Assembly (NCBI GenBank): GCA_963514005.1 | Contig: OY740808.1 | Location: 23,746,001-23,810,000 of the forward strand | Reading direction: 5' to 3' | Source of the DNA: Raja brachyura | Taxonomy: Eukaryota | Length of the DNA stretch: 64,000 nucleotides | Shown here: positions 26,734 to 37,067 of the stretch, piece by piece | Position numbering within the stretch: the stretch's first letter is position 1 | Layout: each line of letters begins with the position of its first letter | Made by a program: the position numbers and the translations under genes | The notes under the pieces: generated by a model | Told to the model about the DNA's origin: nothing | The model's input: the letters and a program-made list of their open reading frames with translations, nothing else | The model's database searches: none

Positions 26734-27731
26734 AGTGATAGACATAAAATGCTGGAGTAACTCAGCGGGACAGGCAGCATCTCCAGATTGAAGGAATGGG
26801 TGACGTTTTGAGTCAAGACTCTTCTTCAGACCGAGAGTCAGGGGAGAGGGACACACAGATATAAGCAAGTGTAAGGTGTGAAAACGAGATATCAAAAGAG
26901 ACGTGGAACAAGGAAAATGTAGAATAGATCATTGTTAGCTAGGAGATGGTAACAACAAAGCAAACACAGATAAAATGTATTCAGGACGACAGTCAGATTG
27001 GTCGGAGAACTGGGAAGGGGGAGTGATGGAGAGAGAGGGAAAGCAAGGGTTACTTGAAGTTAGTATTCATACCGCTGGGGTGTTAACTGCCCAAGTGAAA
27101 TATGAGTTGATGTTCCTCCAATTTGCGCAGGGCCTCACTCTGACAATGGAGGAGGCCTAGGACAAAAAGGTTAATGTGGGGGAGTTAAAGTGTTTTGCAA
27201 CCAGGAGATCAGGTAGGTTTAGGTGGACTGATTAGAGGTGTTCAGCAAAAAACGATCGCCGAGCCTGTGCTTGGTCGCACCAATATTTAGGAGTCCACAC
27301 ATGGAACAGCGGATACAGTTAGAGGAGGTGCAAGTGAACCTCTGCCTCACCTGAAAAGACTGTTGGGGTCCATGGACAGAGTCGAGGGAGGAGGTTTAGG
27401 GACAGGCGTTGCATCTCCTGTAGTTGCAGGAAAAAGTACCTGAGGGGAGAGAGGGTGGTTAGGGTGGCAAGGAACGAGTTAACCATGGTGTCTTGTCGCT
27501 AACAATGATCTATACTACATTCTCCTTGATCTGCATCTCGTTTGATGTCTCGTTTTCACCTTACACTTCCTTATCTCAATGTCTCACTTTCCCCTGACTC
27601 TCAGTCTGAAGAAAGGTCTCGACCGAAAACGTCGTTCCTTCTATCCAGAGATGCCGCCTGTCTTGCTGAGTTTCTCCCGCATTTTGTGTCCATCTTCGGT
27701 GTAAACCAGCATCTGCAGCTCCTTCCTATTC
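26734..27731 (-). mobile_element. Penelope-like element 3' fragment (decayed GIY-YIG endonuclease) with inverted terminal repeats, inserted in a SINE
   Basis: Minus strand reads ...FQVRQRFTCTSS..CIRCSMCGLLNIG.TK.RLGDRF; 12-bp duplication AACCTACAAACC at 26722-26733 and 27732-27743. Confidence 0.8.
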
Positions 27732-28084
27732 AACCTACAAACCGACACGTCTTTGGAATGTGGGAGGAAACCCAATGCACACGTATGAGAACTCCGTACA
27801 GACAGCAGCCGTAGTCAGGATCGAACCCGGGTCTGTGGCGCTGTGAGGTAGCAACTCTACCGCTGCATCACAGTGCCGCCCCTTGAGGTATGATTCTGGA
27901 AGGTTTAAAACGGCCGATCACAATTCATAGTCCTAAAGATGTGTAATTCATTGGAGCGGATGTAGATAATTCGACGAGGAACAGAATAGTGGAATCACAT
28001 GATGAATGTAACCGTACAGTGGGAGATAGTCACATCCGCAACGTTTAAACGATTCAGATCCTTTTTTTAACCAGAGACGAAAGA

Positions 28085-28218
28085 ATGCAAAGCTTCTGTG
28101 GTTCAGTGTGGGATTCAGTTTGGGATTATGATACTCCCAGGATTTTGATCATCAAAAACAGAACAGTTGGGGCCGTGAACAGGTTTATTCAATGCGTAAT
28201 CATTGCATACATTATTGG
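28085..28218 (+). CDS. P2RX4: P2X4-like receptor exon 1 (MQSFCGSVWDSVWDYDTPRILIIKNRTVGAVNRFIQCVIIAYIIG)
   Basis: ATG at 28085; YDTPR motif and TM1; 134 nt then GT donor. Confidence 0.9.
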
Positions 28219-28884
28219 GTGAGCTCTAGTTAAAATACTTTATTACTTTCCGGTCGCATACTGTTAGAATTGTGTGGAACTGTGAACACAACGTGTTGCA
28301 CAATTATTTTCAGTTTCGAAATCCAGAATGAAAAGACCTTCGACATTGACCAATATGTCATGCAAATCGCCACGGTGTATTTCTATGAAATTTTCATTAA
28401 GTAGTTTTGAAAAAAATGCTGATGTTAATTGCCAGTGGCTTTTGAGATGTTTGCGAGTTAGTCCTATACAGTTATTTTAGTACGGATATGTATAAATTTA
28501 TGAGTACGTGCGCGGTAAGTATACGGTGATATTGCATCGGAACTCCAAATTTTTGAGCCATCTCTGAGAAGGAATTAATTTATATTTCCGAGACAGGTTG
28601 GTTCGTAACTGGGATAGGATCTTATAGTGGAGGAGCACAATTCTTATGTGGCGGTGGGGTACGAGTGGTGTGGAGTGAAGGCGGCGATAAATGTTTTTCA
28701 ATTTGTCCGAACCCGCGGAGTTACTAGAACACTTTGTATCTTTTTGTAAAGCAGCATCTTCCGTTCCTTGTTTCTACACTTTATTCGATTTTTGTATTTC
28801 CAAGGACCCCACTTAAGTTATAATCAATTACATTTTGTGTAATAGACCTTTTTTTTAACCATAGGCTTCTTGTGTCCGGTAATC

Positions 28885-28970
28885 AATGCTGGAGTAACTC
28901 AGCGGGTCAGGCAGCATTTCTGCAGAAAAGGAATAGGCGACGTTTCGGGTCGAGACCCTTCATCAGACTA
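28885..28970 (-). ncRNA. Minimal hammerhead-ribozyme-like core within a Penelope-derived repeat
   Basis: Minus strand CTGATGA-A-GGGTC-TC-GACCC-GAAAC-GTC (28966->28939); stem II is a perfect 5-bp helix. Confidence 0.6.
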
Positions 28971-30276
28971 AGAGTCTGTGCTGCGTCTACCCTCCCATGC
29001 TGCAATAATCAATGGGAACTGATAGTTATTGTGCAACCTTAAAAAAAAAGCAAGTTCTGTTAATGTTTCCAGGAATGAGAAAGGAGGGGGCGAAACGATG
29101 GAGCACAATGGGCGGTGGGGAGAGGGATAGTATGTAGAACAGTCAGTACATTTGGGTCTGGGTGGATGCAGTGCGATGGGGTCAGCATCTGTTAAATAAT
29201 GGGGAGGGGAAATGGTACTGTTTACTAAGGGTTTTTGGAGTAATCCACAAACCAATGAGAGGCACCATTGGCAGAATGGGACCCACTGTACAGCTGGATT
29301 GGGTTGACTGTTGGGGCCACGACTCGTCGATTTCTTCTAAGATTTGGGAATTAAATAGCAGAATCTGGTTCATTAGTGCAGTGTGCTCTGTGGTGGCAGC
29401 TGATTTTTAACAGGATCCATTGAACACTACATTTTTGCAGGTAATGTTTTAACAATTATGAAGTGTTTATGTATTTTAAGGAAACACATTTGCCTACTAA
29501 CCTTTACAAATAGTGAGCCATAGTTATGCAGCATGGAAACGGGCCCTTCGACCCAACTTGTCCATGGTGACCCAAGTTAGTCCAGTTTTACTTCAATTGC
29601 CCAATATCCCTCAAAACTTTTTCCATCTATTCCAGATGCCTTTTAAGGGATGTAATAACATAGCTTAAAAGGTTTAAGGTTGTAATTCCTCTAAACTTTT
29701 CCTTTTCTTGTATCTGTCTATGTGTTTACCTCGACCACTTCCTCTGGCAGTTTATTCTACGTAAGCAATAATTCATGCTGCAATGCTGCTTTCATTTTTG
29801 AAGTGTTTTGCTGTGGTTACTTTTAAGTTGGCAAAGCAAACTAAATGGCTACCAGATAACATTAATTATTTGCAGCATGTCTAATGACTCCAGGGTGTAA
29901 CCCAAACATAGACTTACAATATGCATACAATGAACCTGTTTAACCATGCAAAATCGGTAGATTGATGATGAACCCAATGTTCTGCTCGAGCCATTCTCAC
30001 GTGGCATTCTCACGCAAACCATTCTCATGTGGCAGGGGATGTCAAAATTAGTGGCGTTGTATTGCAGAACCCACTATCATGAGGGCCACACACACTATGT
30101 GGTAATAAGATGATTGGGTGATAAAGAAGTGAACTGAAGAAAATGAAAGGCGTAACTCTTCTCTATTTGGGACGCACATTAAGAACAATTGAATGCAGTA
30201 ACCTCCATTCCAATTCCCATTTGGGAACCATTCCTGAAGTTAAGGAATGGTTCCCAAATGGGACGATTACGCTTTT

Positions 30277-30480
30277 GGGGCAGAACGGTAGCGCAGCGGT
30301 AGAGTTGCTGCCTTTCAACGCCAGAGGCCTGGGCTCGATCTTTGCCACAAGATAGGTGCTATCTATACGGAATTTGTACGTTCCCCCCATAACCAGCGTG
30401 GGTTTTCTCCACGTACTCCGGTTTCCTCCCACACTCCAAAGACTGTACAGGTTTGTAGGTTAATTGGCTTCAGTAAAATG
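30277..30480 (+). mobile_element. tRNA-derived SINE (HE1/V-SINE-like); other copies near 27732-27881(-), 40065-40440, 44270-44560, 51360-51575(-), 56500-56825, 58380-58590
   Basis: Pol III A-box-like GGTAGCGCAGCGG and B-box-like GGCTCGATC, then the V-domain-like GCGTGGGTTTTCTCC..CTCCGGTTTCCTCCCAC. Confidence 0.8.
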
Positions 30481-31313
30481 TTCCTAGATTCACAGTTGGA
30501 ATTTGGAGTGGAAGCCACAGCATTTCCCTTGTATCTCAGTAGATACAAGTCAAAATTCAAATAACCTGCTAACCAATTATCCAAAGATCGTGATGGCTCA
30601 GGATCTGGATCACTAGGCTGTTATTCCTGCATTTCTGTTACCAAACTAGGACCACTGCGTGTTAAAAGATGTGCAGAGATCCCACATTGATTCCCACATT
30701 CCCTTTAACACATCGGAGCCTTTCTTTCCACTCACCTTTTAATAAACTATGACCCTAGATCCTGCACACACTTTGATCACATCGATGCTGTGGTTCCAGG
30801 GCCGGCCGTAGGAGGTGCGGAGCCCAATTAGGAATAATTTTGGTGAGCCCCAGGTTCCCAGCCAGGGTCTGTAGAATCATATAAATAAAGTCTATTATAG
30901 ACTTTAAATATCTATGGTAGAATGGAAAGTAATCAAAATGTGCGCTTAAAACGTGCATGCGACTTAATGGACCAAACAGATCTAAGCTACATTTTAATAT
31001 AAAATTGCATACATGTAAGCCTACAAGTAACAAACAAAATGTGTAGATCACCTCTGAAAAGTACATAATTACAATACCACTTGTTTTAGTGACTGAAATG
31101 AAAAAAGAAAATGTAATTAACTAGATCCTGAAAAACCAATAACCATTGGCGAAAAACCAGTCGAGGCATTACATTTTGGTTTTCAGCCCCATCCTACCCT
31201 TTGGGCTTCTACCCCATCCTAACTTAGTTGTGTGTGTGTGTGTGGGAGGGATGGAGAGAAGAGAGGGAAGGGAGTGAGAGGGCCGGCGGCAGGAGCGGAT
31301 GCCGGGGTCTGGG

Positions 31314-31351
31314 CTATACTTTTAAGGATCATTTCTATAGTCTGTGACTAG
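31314..31351 (+). ncRNA. U3: U3 snoRNA 5' fragment (about nt 5-42, boxes A' and A); retroposed, not a complete gene
   Basis: CTATACTTTTAAGGATCATTTCTATAGTCTGTGACTAG versus recalled human U3 CTATACTTTCAGGGATCATTTCTATAGTGTGTTACTAG, 34/38 identical by eye. Confidence 0.85.
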
Positions 31352-31399
31352 ATCGCTTCTCGGCCTTTTGGCTAAGATCAAGTGTAGTATCTGTTCTTA
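31352..31399 (+). ncRNA. U2: U2 snRNA 5' fragment (nt 1-48, including branch-point recognition sequence GTAGTA); not a complete gene
   Basis: ATCGCTTCTCGGCCTTTTGGCTAAGATCAAGTGTAGTATCTGTTCTTA is the canonical U2 5' end; match stops after nt 48. Confidence 0.95.
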
Positions 31400-31568
31400 C
31401 ACTTGAAGGAGTGAAAGAGACTATCTGTTCTTTTTAGAACGGTTCTGGCGGTCCCTTGGGGACAAGGGCCGTGGACTGCGGAGCGAACTGGGAGACGAGG
31501 AGTTGTGGCTGCAGGCTTAGAGGTGGATCCATGCTGGTTGGGTAACCAACCTAACACCTTTAGCCACA

Positions 31569-33225
31569 ATGTCAGCAGGAGCAGGAGTACAGGGTATTCG
31601 CAATACCCTGAGAATAAGCGTGAAGGACATCAGCGAGGGGACCCTCTTTTCAAGAGACCTGTTTGTCAAGAAGGTCTTGCTAGGGGCCCTCAAATTTGAG
31701 GCTAAGGACATCTACTGCCTCCAGGATTTCCCGGGTAACGGATATTTCGACGTTACCTTCAAGTATCCGACGGGATGGCAGAAGGTGATGGAGGACTTTC
31801 GGGAGAGGGGGAATGAAGCTCCGCTGTCGCTGCTCAAAGTGCAGCCGCTCTTCACCCTCCCCACCCAGAAGGAAAGGTTGATCACCGTGCATATGTTCAA
31901 CCCACATGTGCTGGTAGTCGATGTCCTCACGTTCCTTGCTCGCTACGTTGAGGGAACAGGGAACTGTGTGGACGTGAAGGACATGCATGGAATTTGGACA
32001 AGCAAGAGGCAAATCAAGGTGAAGCTGAGGGTGGACAAAGACGGAGAAATTGTCCACCCCCCCTCGGTTTTCGCGATTGGAGGAAACCGAGCTACCTCAG
32101 CTACGTAGGGCAACCCAGGCTGTGCAGGAAATGCAACAAGCCTGGGCATGTGATGGCCCAATGTACAGCAGTTGTATGCAAAAACTGCAAGACAGAGGGC
32201 CACGAGACAGTCAGGCCAGTAAGAACTGCAACCTGTGCGGGGAGGCAGGCCACCTTTACAGGGCTTGCCCTAAAAGAGCCTGCACTTATGCACAGGCGAC
32301 AAGAGGGGCTGCTGCCAGCACCCCCAAGGTGGGCGAAGCACCCCCCAACACTACCAAGGCCCCAGCAGAGAAAGGAAACGCAGATGAGGACAGCCCAACC
32401 ACCTTGAAGCCCCAAGTGCCAGAAGGAGACGCCCAGCATCTTGCCCAGGAGGGAGAGTCAATGGAGGAGGAGGAACTGAAGGAGAAGTGGACTACAGTGT
32501 CGTATAAGAAGCCGAAGGTTCAGCCCAAGGAGCCGAGGCCGCAAAGGACTGGTAAGTCTAAAAGCAAACAACAAAAAAGATGTCTTTCTATTACAGAAGG
32601 CAGCAATCTCTCCTGTTCGTCGGAGGATGAGGCGACCGGGAAGTCCCAACGAGGGAGACAGAGGAGGAAAACGGGGGAAGAGAAGAGAGAGGCCACGACG
32701 ATCACGACCCGGCCCCAGGAGACCGAGAACAGAGAAGCGGCGGAAGGGCCACAACCCCAGGACACCAGGAGCAGTGCAGCGGTCGAGGGGCCCCAGGCCC
32801 AGGACATCGGGAGCAGTGCAACGGTCGAGGGGCTCCAGCCCCTGGAGACAGGGATCATCACAGCGGCCAATGGGCCACAGCTCCGGGCAACCGGGAGCAG
32901 CGCAACGGCCGAAAGGCCCCAGCTCCGGGCGACCGGGAGCATTGCAGCGGCCAATGGGCCCCAGCTCCGGGTGACCGGGAGCAGCACAAAGGCCGTTGGG
33001 CCCCAGCTCTGGGCGACCGGGAGCAGTGAACCAGCCACCACGACCCAGCTACAGGAGACGGAGGAAGCCGTGTGCCCGAAAGGGGGTGGAACGAGAAGGC
33101 CCCCCTCAACGACACCATTGGCTGCGCCACCAGAAACCCACCTCATCGCTGGATTCCTGAGCCCAGGAAAGCTGAGGCAATTCACCGAAACGGTGGGAAT
33201 GAGGGGACACGAAAACGGTCAGTGA
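31569..33225 (+). pseudogene. Tx1/Keno ORF1 (gag-like nucleic-acid-binding protein), frameshifted
   Basis: ORFs 31569..32108, 31994..32407 and 32050..33225 join into one protein with CRKCNKPGHVMAQC, CKNCKTEGH and CNLCGEAGHLYRAC knuckles. Confidence 0.85.
32746..33039 (+). repeat. About seven 42-bp coding tandem repeats (GPQLRATGSSATAE-like) in Keno ORF1
   Basis: 14-aa periodicity in ORF 32050..33225. Confidence 0.85.
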
Positions 33226-33236
33226 CTCTAAAGACA

Positions 33237-36200
33237 ATGGAGCTCAAACTGGCATCTTTAAACGTGCGCAGTATAAAGAGCACTGCGCGATGTGTGAACG
33301 CCTTACAGTACCTGGCCAAGGTCAAGGCAGATGTGACTTTTATTCAGGAGTGCGGGCTGCCACACCTCCGCTGCTATCGGAGGTGGTCGCGATGGTGGCC
33401 CCACGGATTGTCGGTGTGGTCGGGGGGCAATGACTGTCGTGCTTCCGGCCTGGGGATTTTGCTGCGGGGAGGGAACTTCGCCATCAATGAGGTTAGGGAG
33501 GTGGTTGGGGGGCGGCTCCTTGTGGTGGATGTTATGTACCGTGACTCTCCGCTCCGGCTGATTAATGTGTATGCCTCACCCACGCAGAGCAAGCGGCTGG
33601 CCGTTCTCCAGCAGCTCCCAGTGCTGCTGGCCACGTCCCGGCAGCTCGTTTTGGCCGGTGACTTCAACTGCATCATTGATGCGGCTGGACGATCCGGCAG
33701 TGCCGACAGCAGACTGGACAGCACGTCCAAGTTCCTGAGGGATATGGTAAAAGATGCAAAGCTGCGCGATGCCTTCAGCGACCCTGCAGGCGGGTCCCAG
33801 CCACGGTTCACCTGGTCGAGATCGGACGGTTTAGCCTGATCTCGGATAGACTTTGTCTTCACGACGAAGGCCGCCACGGTGAGACACACTGACCTCACGC
33901 TGGTGTTCTTCTCCGACCACTGCCTCCTTCAGGCTTCCTGTCACCTACAGGAGGACCGGAAGGCAGGCAGAGGGACGTGGAAGTTAAACATGAAGCTGTT
34001 GACCACAGAGAACATCGAAGAGCTAAAGAGGGACTACGCATGTTGGAGAACGGTGAAGCCCCTCTTTGACTCCCCCACACTCTGGTGGGAAGCAACCAAG
34101 GAGAACATTAAGAGGTTCTTCATAAGTAAAGGGGTTCAAAGAGCAAGACAGAGTCAGAGGGAATTGTGCCAACTCCAGACAGATTTGCAACAACTGCTCC
34201 TCCTGCAGTCGAGAGGGGTGGACGTGAAGGAGGAACTTAGAGACGTGAAGGACCGGCAAGCTCGGCTCTTTACCTCTGAATCCTCCAAGATCATCTTCCG
34301 ATCCAGGGTCCGCCATGTGGAGCAGGATGAGACGTGCTCACGTTTCTTCTTCCATAAGGTTCACAGGGGGAGCTCTGTGATGAACAGCCTTAGGGAGGAG
34401 GACGGCTCGGTAGCATCCTCACACACAGACATGCTAAGGATCTGCAAATCCTTTTACACAGATTTGTATGACCAAAAGGCCATAGACAGCACCTCCTCCC
34501 AGAACTTCCTGTCCTCGATCACGGAGGTCTTGGAGGACAGCAAGCGGGAGAGTCTGGACCAACCACTGACCCTAGAGGAGCTGACTGGCTCCATCCGTTC
34601 CTTTGACTCGGGTAAAACTCCCGGAAGCGATGGCTTACCGGCCGAGTTGTATTCGGCTCTGTGGGACTGGATGGGCCCGGACCTGCTAGAAGTGTACAAC
34701 GACATGCTTCTAGCTGGTAGCATGTCAGACTCCATGAGGAAGGGCAACATCACCCTAATCTACAAGCAGAAGGGGGAGATGAAGGACATAAAGAATTGGA
34801 GACCCATAACGCTCTTGAATGTAGACTACAAGATCCTGTCTAAGGCCATCGCCAACCGGGTCAAGTCTGCTCTGGGACAGGTGATCCACCCGGACCAAAC
34901 TTGTGCTGTACCTGGCAGGAAAATCTCAGACAGCCTAGCGCTGCTGAGAGATACCATCGCCTACGTGCAGGACAGACGGGTGGATGCCTGCCTAGTCAGC
35001 TTGGACCAGGAGAAGGCCTTTGACAGGATTTCGCACACGTACATGAGGGACGTGCTCTCCAAAATGGGTTTTGGGGAGGGAATCAGGAATTGGATCAATC
35101 TGCTCTACACCGACATCCGTAGTGCAGTCCAAATCAATGGGTGGGAATCAGACAGTTTCCCTGTAAGGTCTGGAGTCAGGCAGGGTTGCCCTCTCTCTCC
35201 TGTCTTGTTTGTCTGCTGTATTGAACCCTTTGCCGAATCCATCAGGAAGGATGCGAGCATTAGAGGAGTGACACTGCCCGGCAGTGGGGGCATTCAAGTA
35301 AAGACCTCCCTGTACATGGACGATGTCGCTGTCTTCTGCTCGTTAGTATCTGCGACCAGTTTGAGTCGGCCACGGGAGCCAGGGTGAACCGCAGGAAGAG
35401 CGAGGCCATGCTCTTTGGCAACTGGCCCGACAGATCTTCCGTCCCCTTCACCATCAAGCCTGACTTCTTGAAGGTGCTGGGGATCTGGTTCGGGGGGGCT
35501 GAGGCGTGTAACAAGAATTGGCTGGAGCGGATAGCCAGGGTGGGGAAGAAGCTGGAGCTGTGGAGGCAACGCTCCCTCTCCATAACGGGAAAGAATTTGG
35601 TCATCAGGTGTGAGGTGCTCTCGAGCCTGCTGTACTTGGCACAGGTGTGGCCTGTCCCCCCTTCCTACGCCACAGGGATCACCCGGGCCGTCTTCCAGTT
35701 CATCTGGGGGTCGAGGATGGACCGGGTGCGACGGGCCACAATGTACAAGTCAGCAGACAACGGGGGTAAAAGCGTGCCCAACGTCGCCCTCATCCTGATG
35801 GCCACCTTCGTGTGTGGCTGCATCAGGCGGAGTGTAGAGCCAAGGCACGTGGGCACCAAGTGTCACTACTTGCTGAGGTTCTACCTGTCCCCGGTGTTGC
35901 GAAGGATGGGCCTGGCGCAGATGCCACGCAATGTGCCAGTCAGCTGGTCACTGCCACCCCATCTGTCGTCTGTGGAAAGGTTCTTCCGGACCAGCACCTT
36001 TGACCACATGTCCATCGGGCAGTGGTCAGCACAGAATGTCCTGCAGGCACTGCAGGGAAAAGACTCGATGGACCCGGTGGCGTGGTTCCCTGAGCAGACT
36101 GCCCAGCTTGTCTGGTAAAATGCCTCATCGCCAGAACTCACCAACAAGCACCAAGACCTGGCTTGGCTGGCGGTGAGGGGAGCCCTCCCAGTCAGATCCT

Positions 36201-36620
36201 TCCTGCACCGTCGGAACCTCACTACCAGCGCACGCTGCCCTCGGGACGGCTGCTATGGAGTGGAGACGGTTGCCCACCTCTTTGCAGAGTGTGGGATTTG
36301 CCCAAAGAGTCTGGAGAAAAATGCAAGGGTCCCTGGTACGCTTTATTCCAAACAGCTCCGTCACAGAGGACTCTGTGATTTACGGACTGTTCCCAGGGAC
36401 ACATTCAGAGACTGACATCAAGTGCTGCTGGAGGGTCATCAACTCGGTGAAAGACGCTCTGTGGTCTGCCCGAGCGTTGTTCACCACCCAGCAGAGCGAG
36501 ATGTCCGTCGGGGAATGTTGCCGACTGGCCCACTGCAGACTGCAGGAGTACGTACTGAGGGACGCACTGAAGCTCGGTGCAGCCAACGCCAAGGCTCGGT
36601 GGGGGAGGGCCACAGTCTAA
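33237..36620 (+). pseudogene. Tx1/Keno ORF2 (APE endonuclease, reverse transcriptase, zinc finger) with stops and frameshifts
   Basis: LASLNVR, FIQEC, LAGDFN, SDH (APE); WRPITLLNVDYK, DQEKAFD, GVRQGCPLSP, YMDD (RT); CPRDGC..ETVAHLFAEC; TGA at 33837, frameshift near 35340, TAA at 36116. Confidence 0.92.
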
Positions 36621-37067
36621 GGTCCTTCCGCTGCTGGACATGGGGGGCACTGTATGGTGGAGACGCCCCTCAAAATAAGGGAAGGTATCCCATGCCGGGG
36701 GGCCACATGAGTGGCACGGGTGGGGGATCAATTCGTGAAATTTGAAAATTTTGAAAAATGTATAAAGACTGTATGGAGACATTTGTATAGCCTCCGAAAA
36801 TGTTGGATGGTTTTTTGTTTTTTTTTCGCACGGTTGATGTATTGTATATATTTATTACTCGAATAAAGTCTATTTTGAAATTTTTAAAAAAGGGTCTGGG
36901 CGGACGGGTGTGAGCTGAGGCCGAGGTTTGTAAACATCGCTCCAACCCCCGACCCGGCACTCTCTGTATTGTTCACCGCGTTTCTCCGGGGAGAGAGAGG
37001 GGTGGAGCCGGGGCACGGCGATTGGAGGGGTGGGAGCGCTGCGCCAGGACCGTGAAGGAATGACCCA

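Larger units (their letters stand above)
31400..36891 (+). mobile_element. Full-length, mildly decayed Tx1-clade non-LTR retrotransposon, Keno-like (U2-targeting family)
   Basis: ORF1 with CCHC knuckles; ORF2 with APE, RT and C-terminal zinc finger; AATAAA at 36862 and A6 tail at 36886-36891; TSD GGGTCTGGGC at 31305-31314 and 36892-36901; U2 5' fragment at the 5' junction. Confidence 0.9.

Noticed and set aside
29991-30033. Short triple repeat CATTCTCA(C/T)G with an E-box-like CACGTG
   Set aside because: Too short to distinguish from local slippage; no support for a function.
30277-30350. tRNA gene
   Set aside because: The A/B boxes belong to a SINE head; there is no complete cloverleaf and the sequence continues into the SINE body.
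31314-31351. Functional U3 snoRNA gene
   Set aside because: Only the box A'/A region is present; the 3' domain with boxes B, C and D is missing.
31352-31399. Functional U2 snRNA gene
   Set aside because: Only nt 1-48 are present; there is no Sm site, 3' stem-loops or gene context.
31680-36782. Many antisense and alternative-frame ORFs over the Tx1 element
   Set aside because: They are shadows of a GC-rich coding retrotransposon with no independent motifs.
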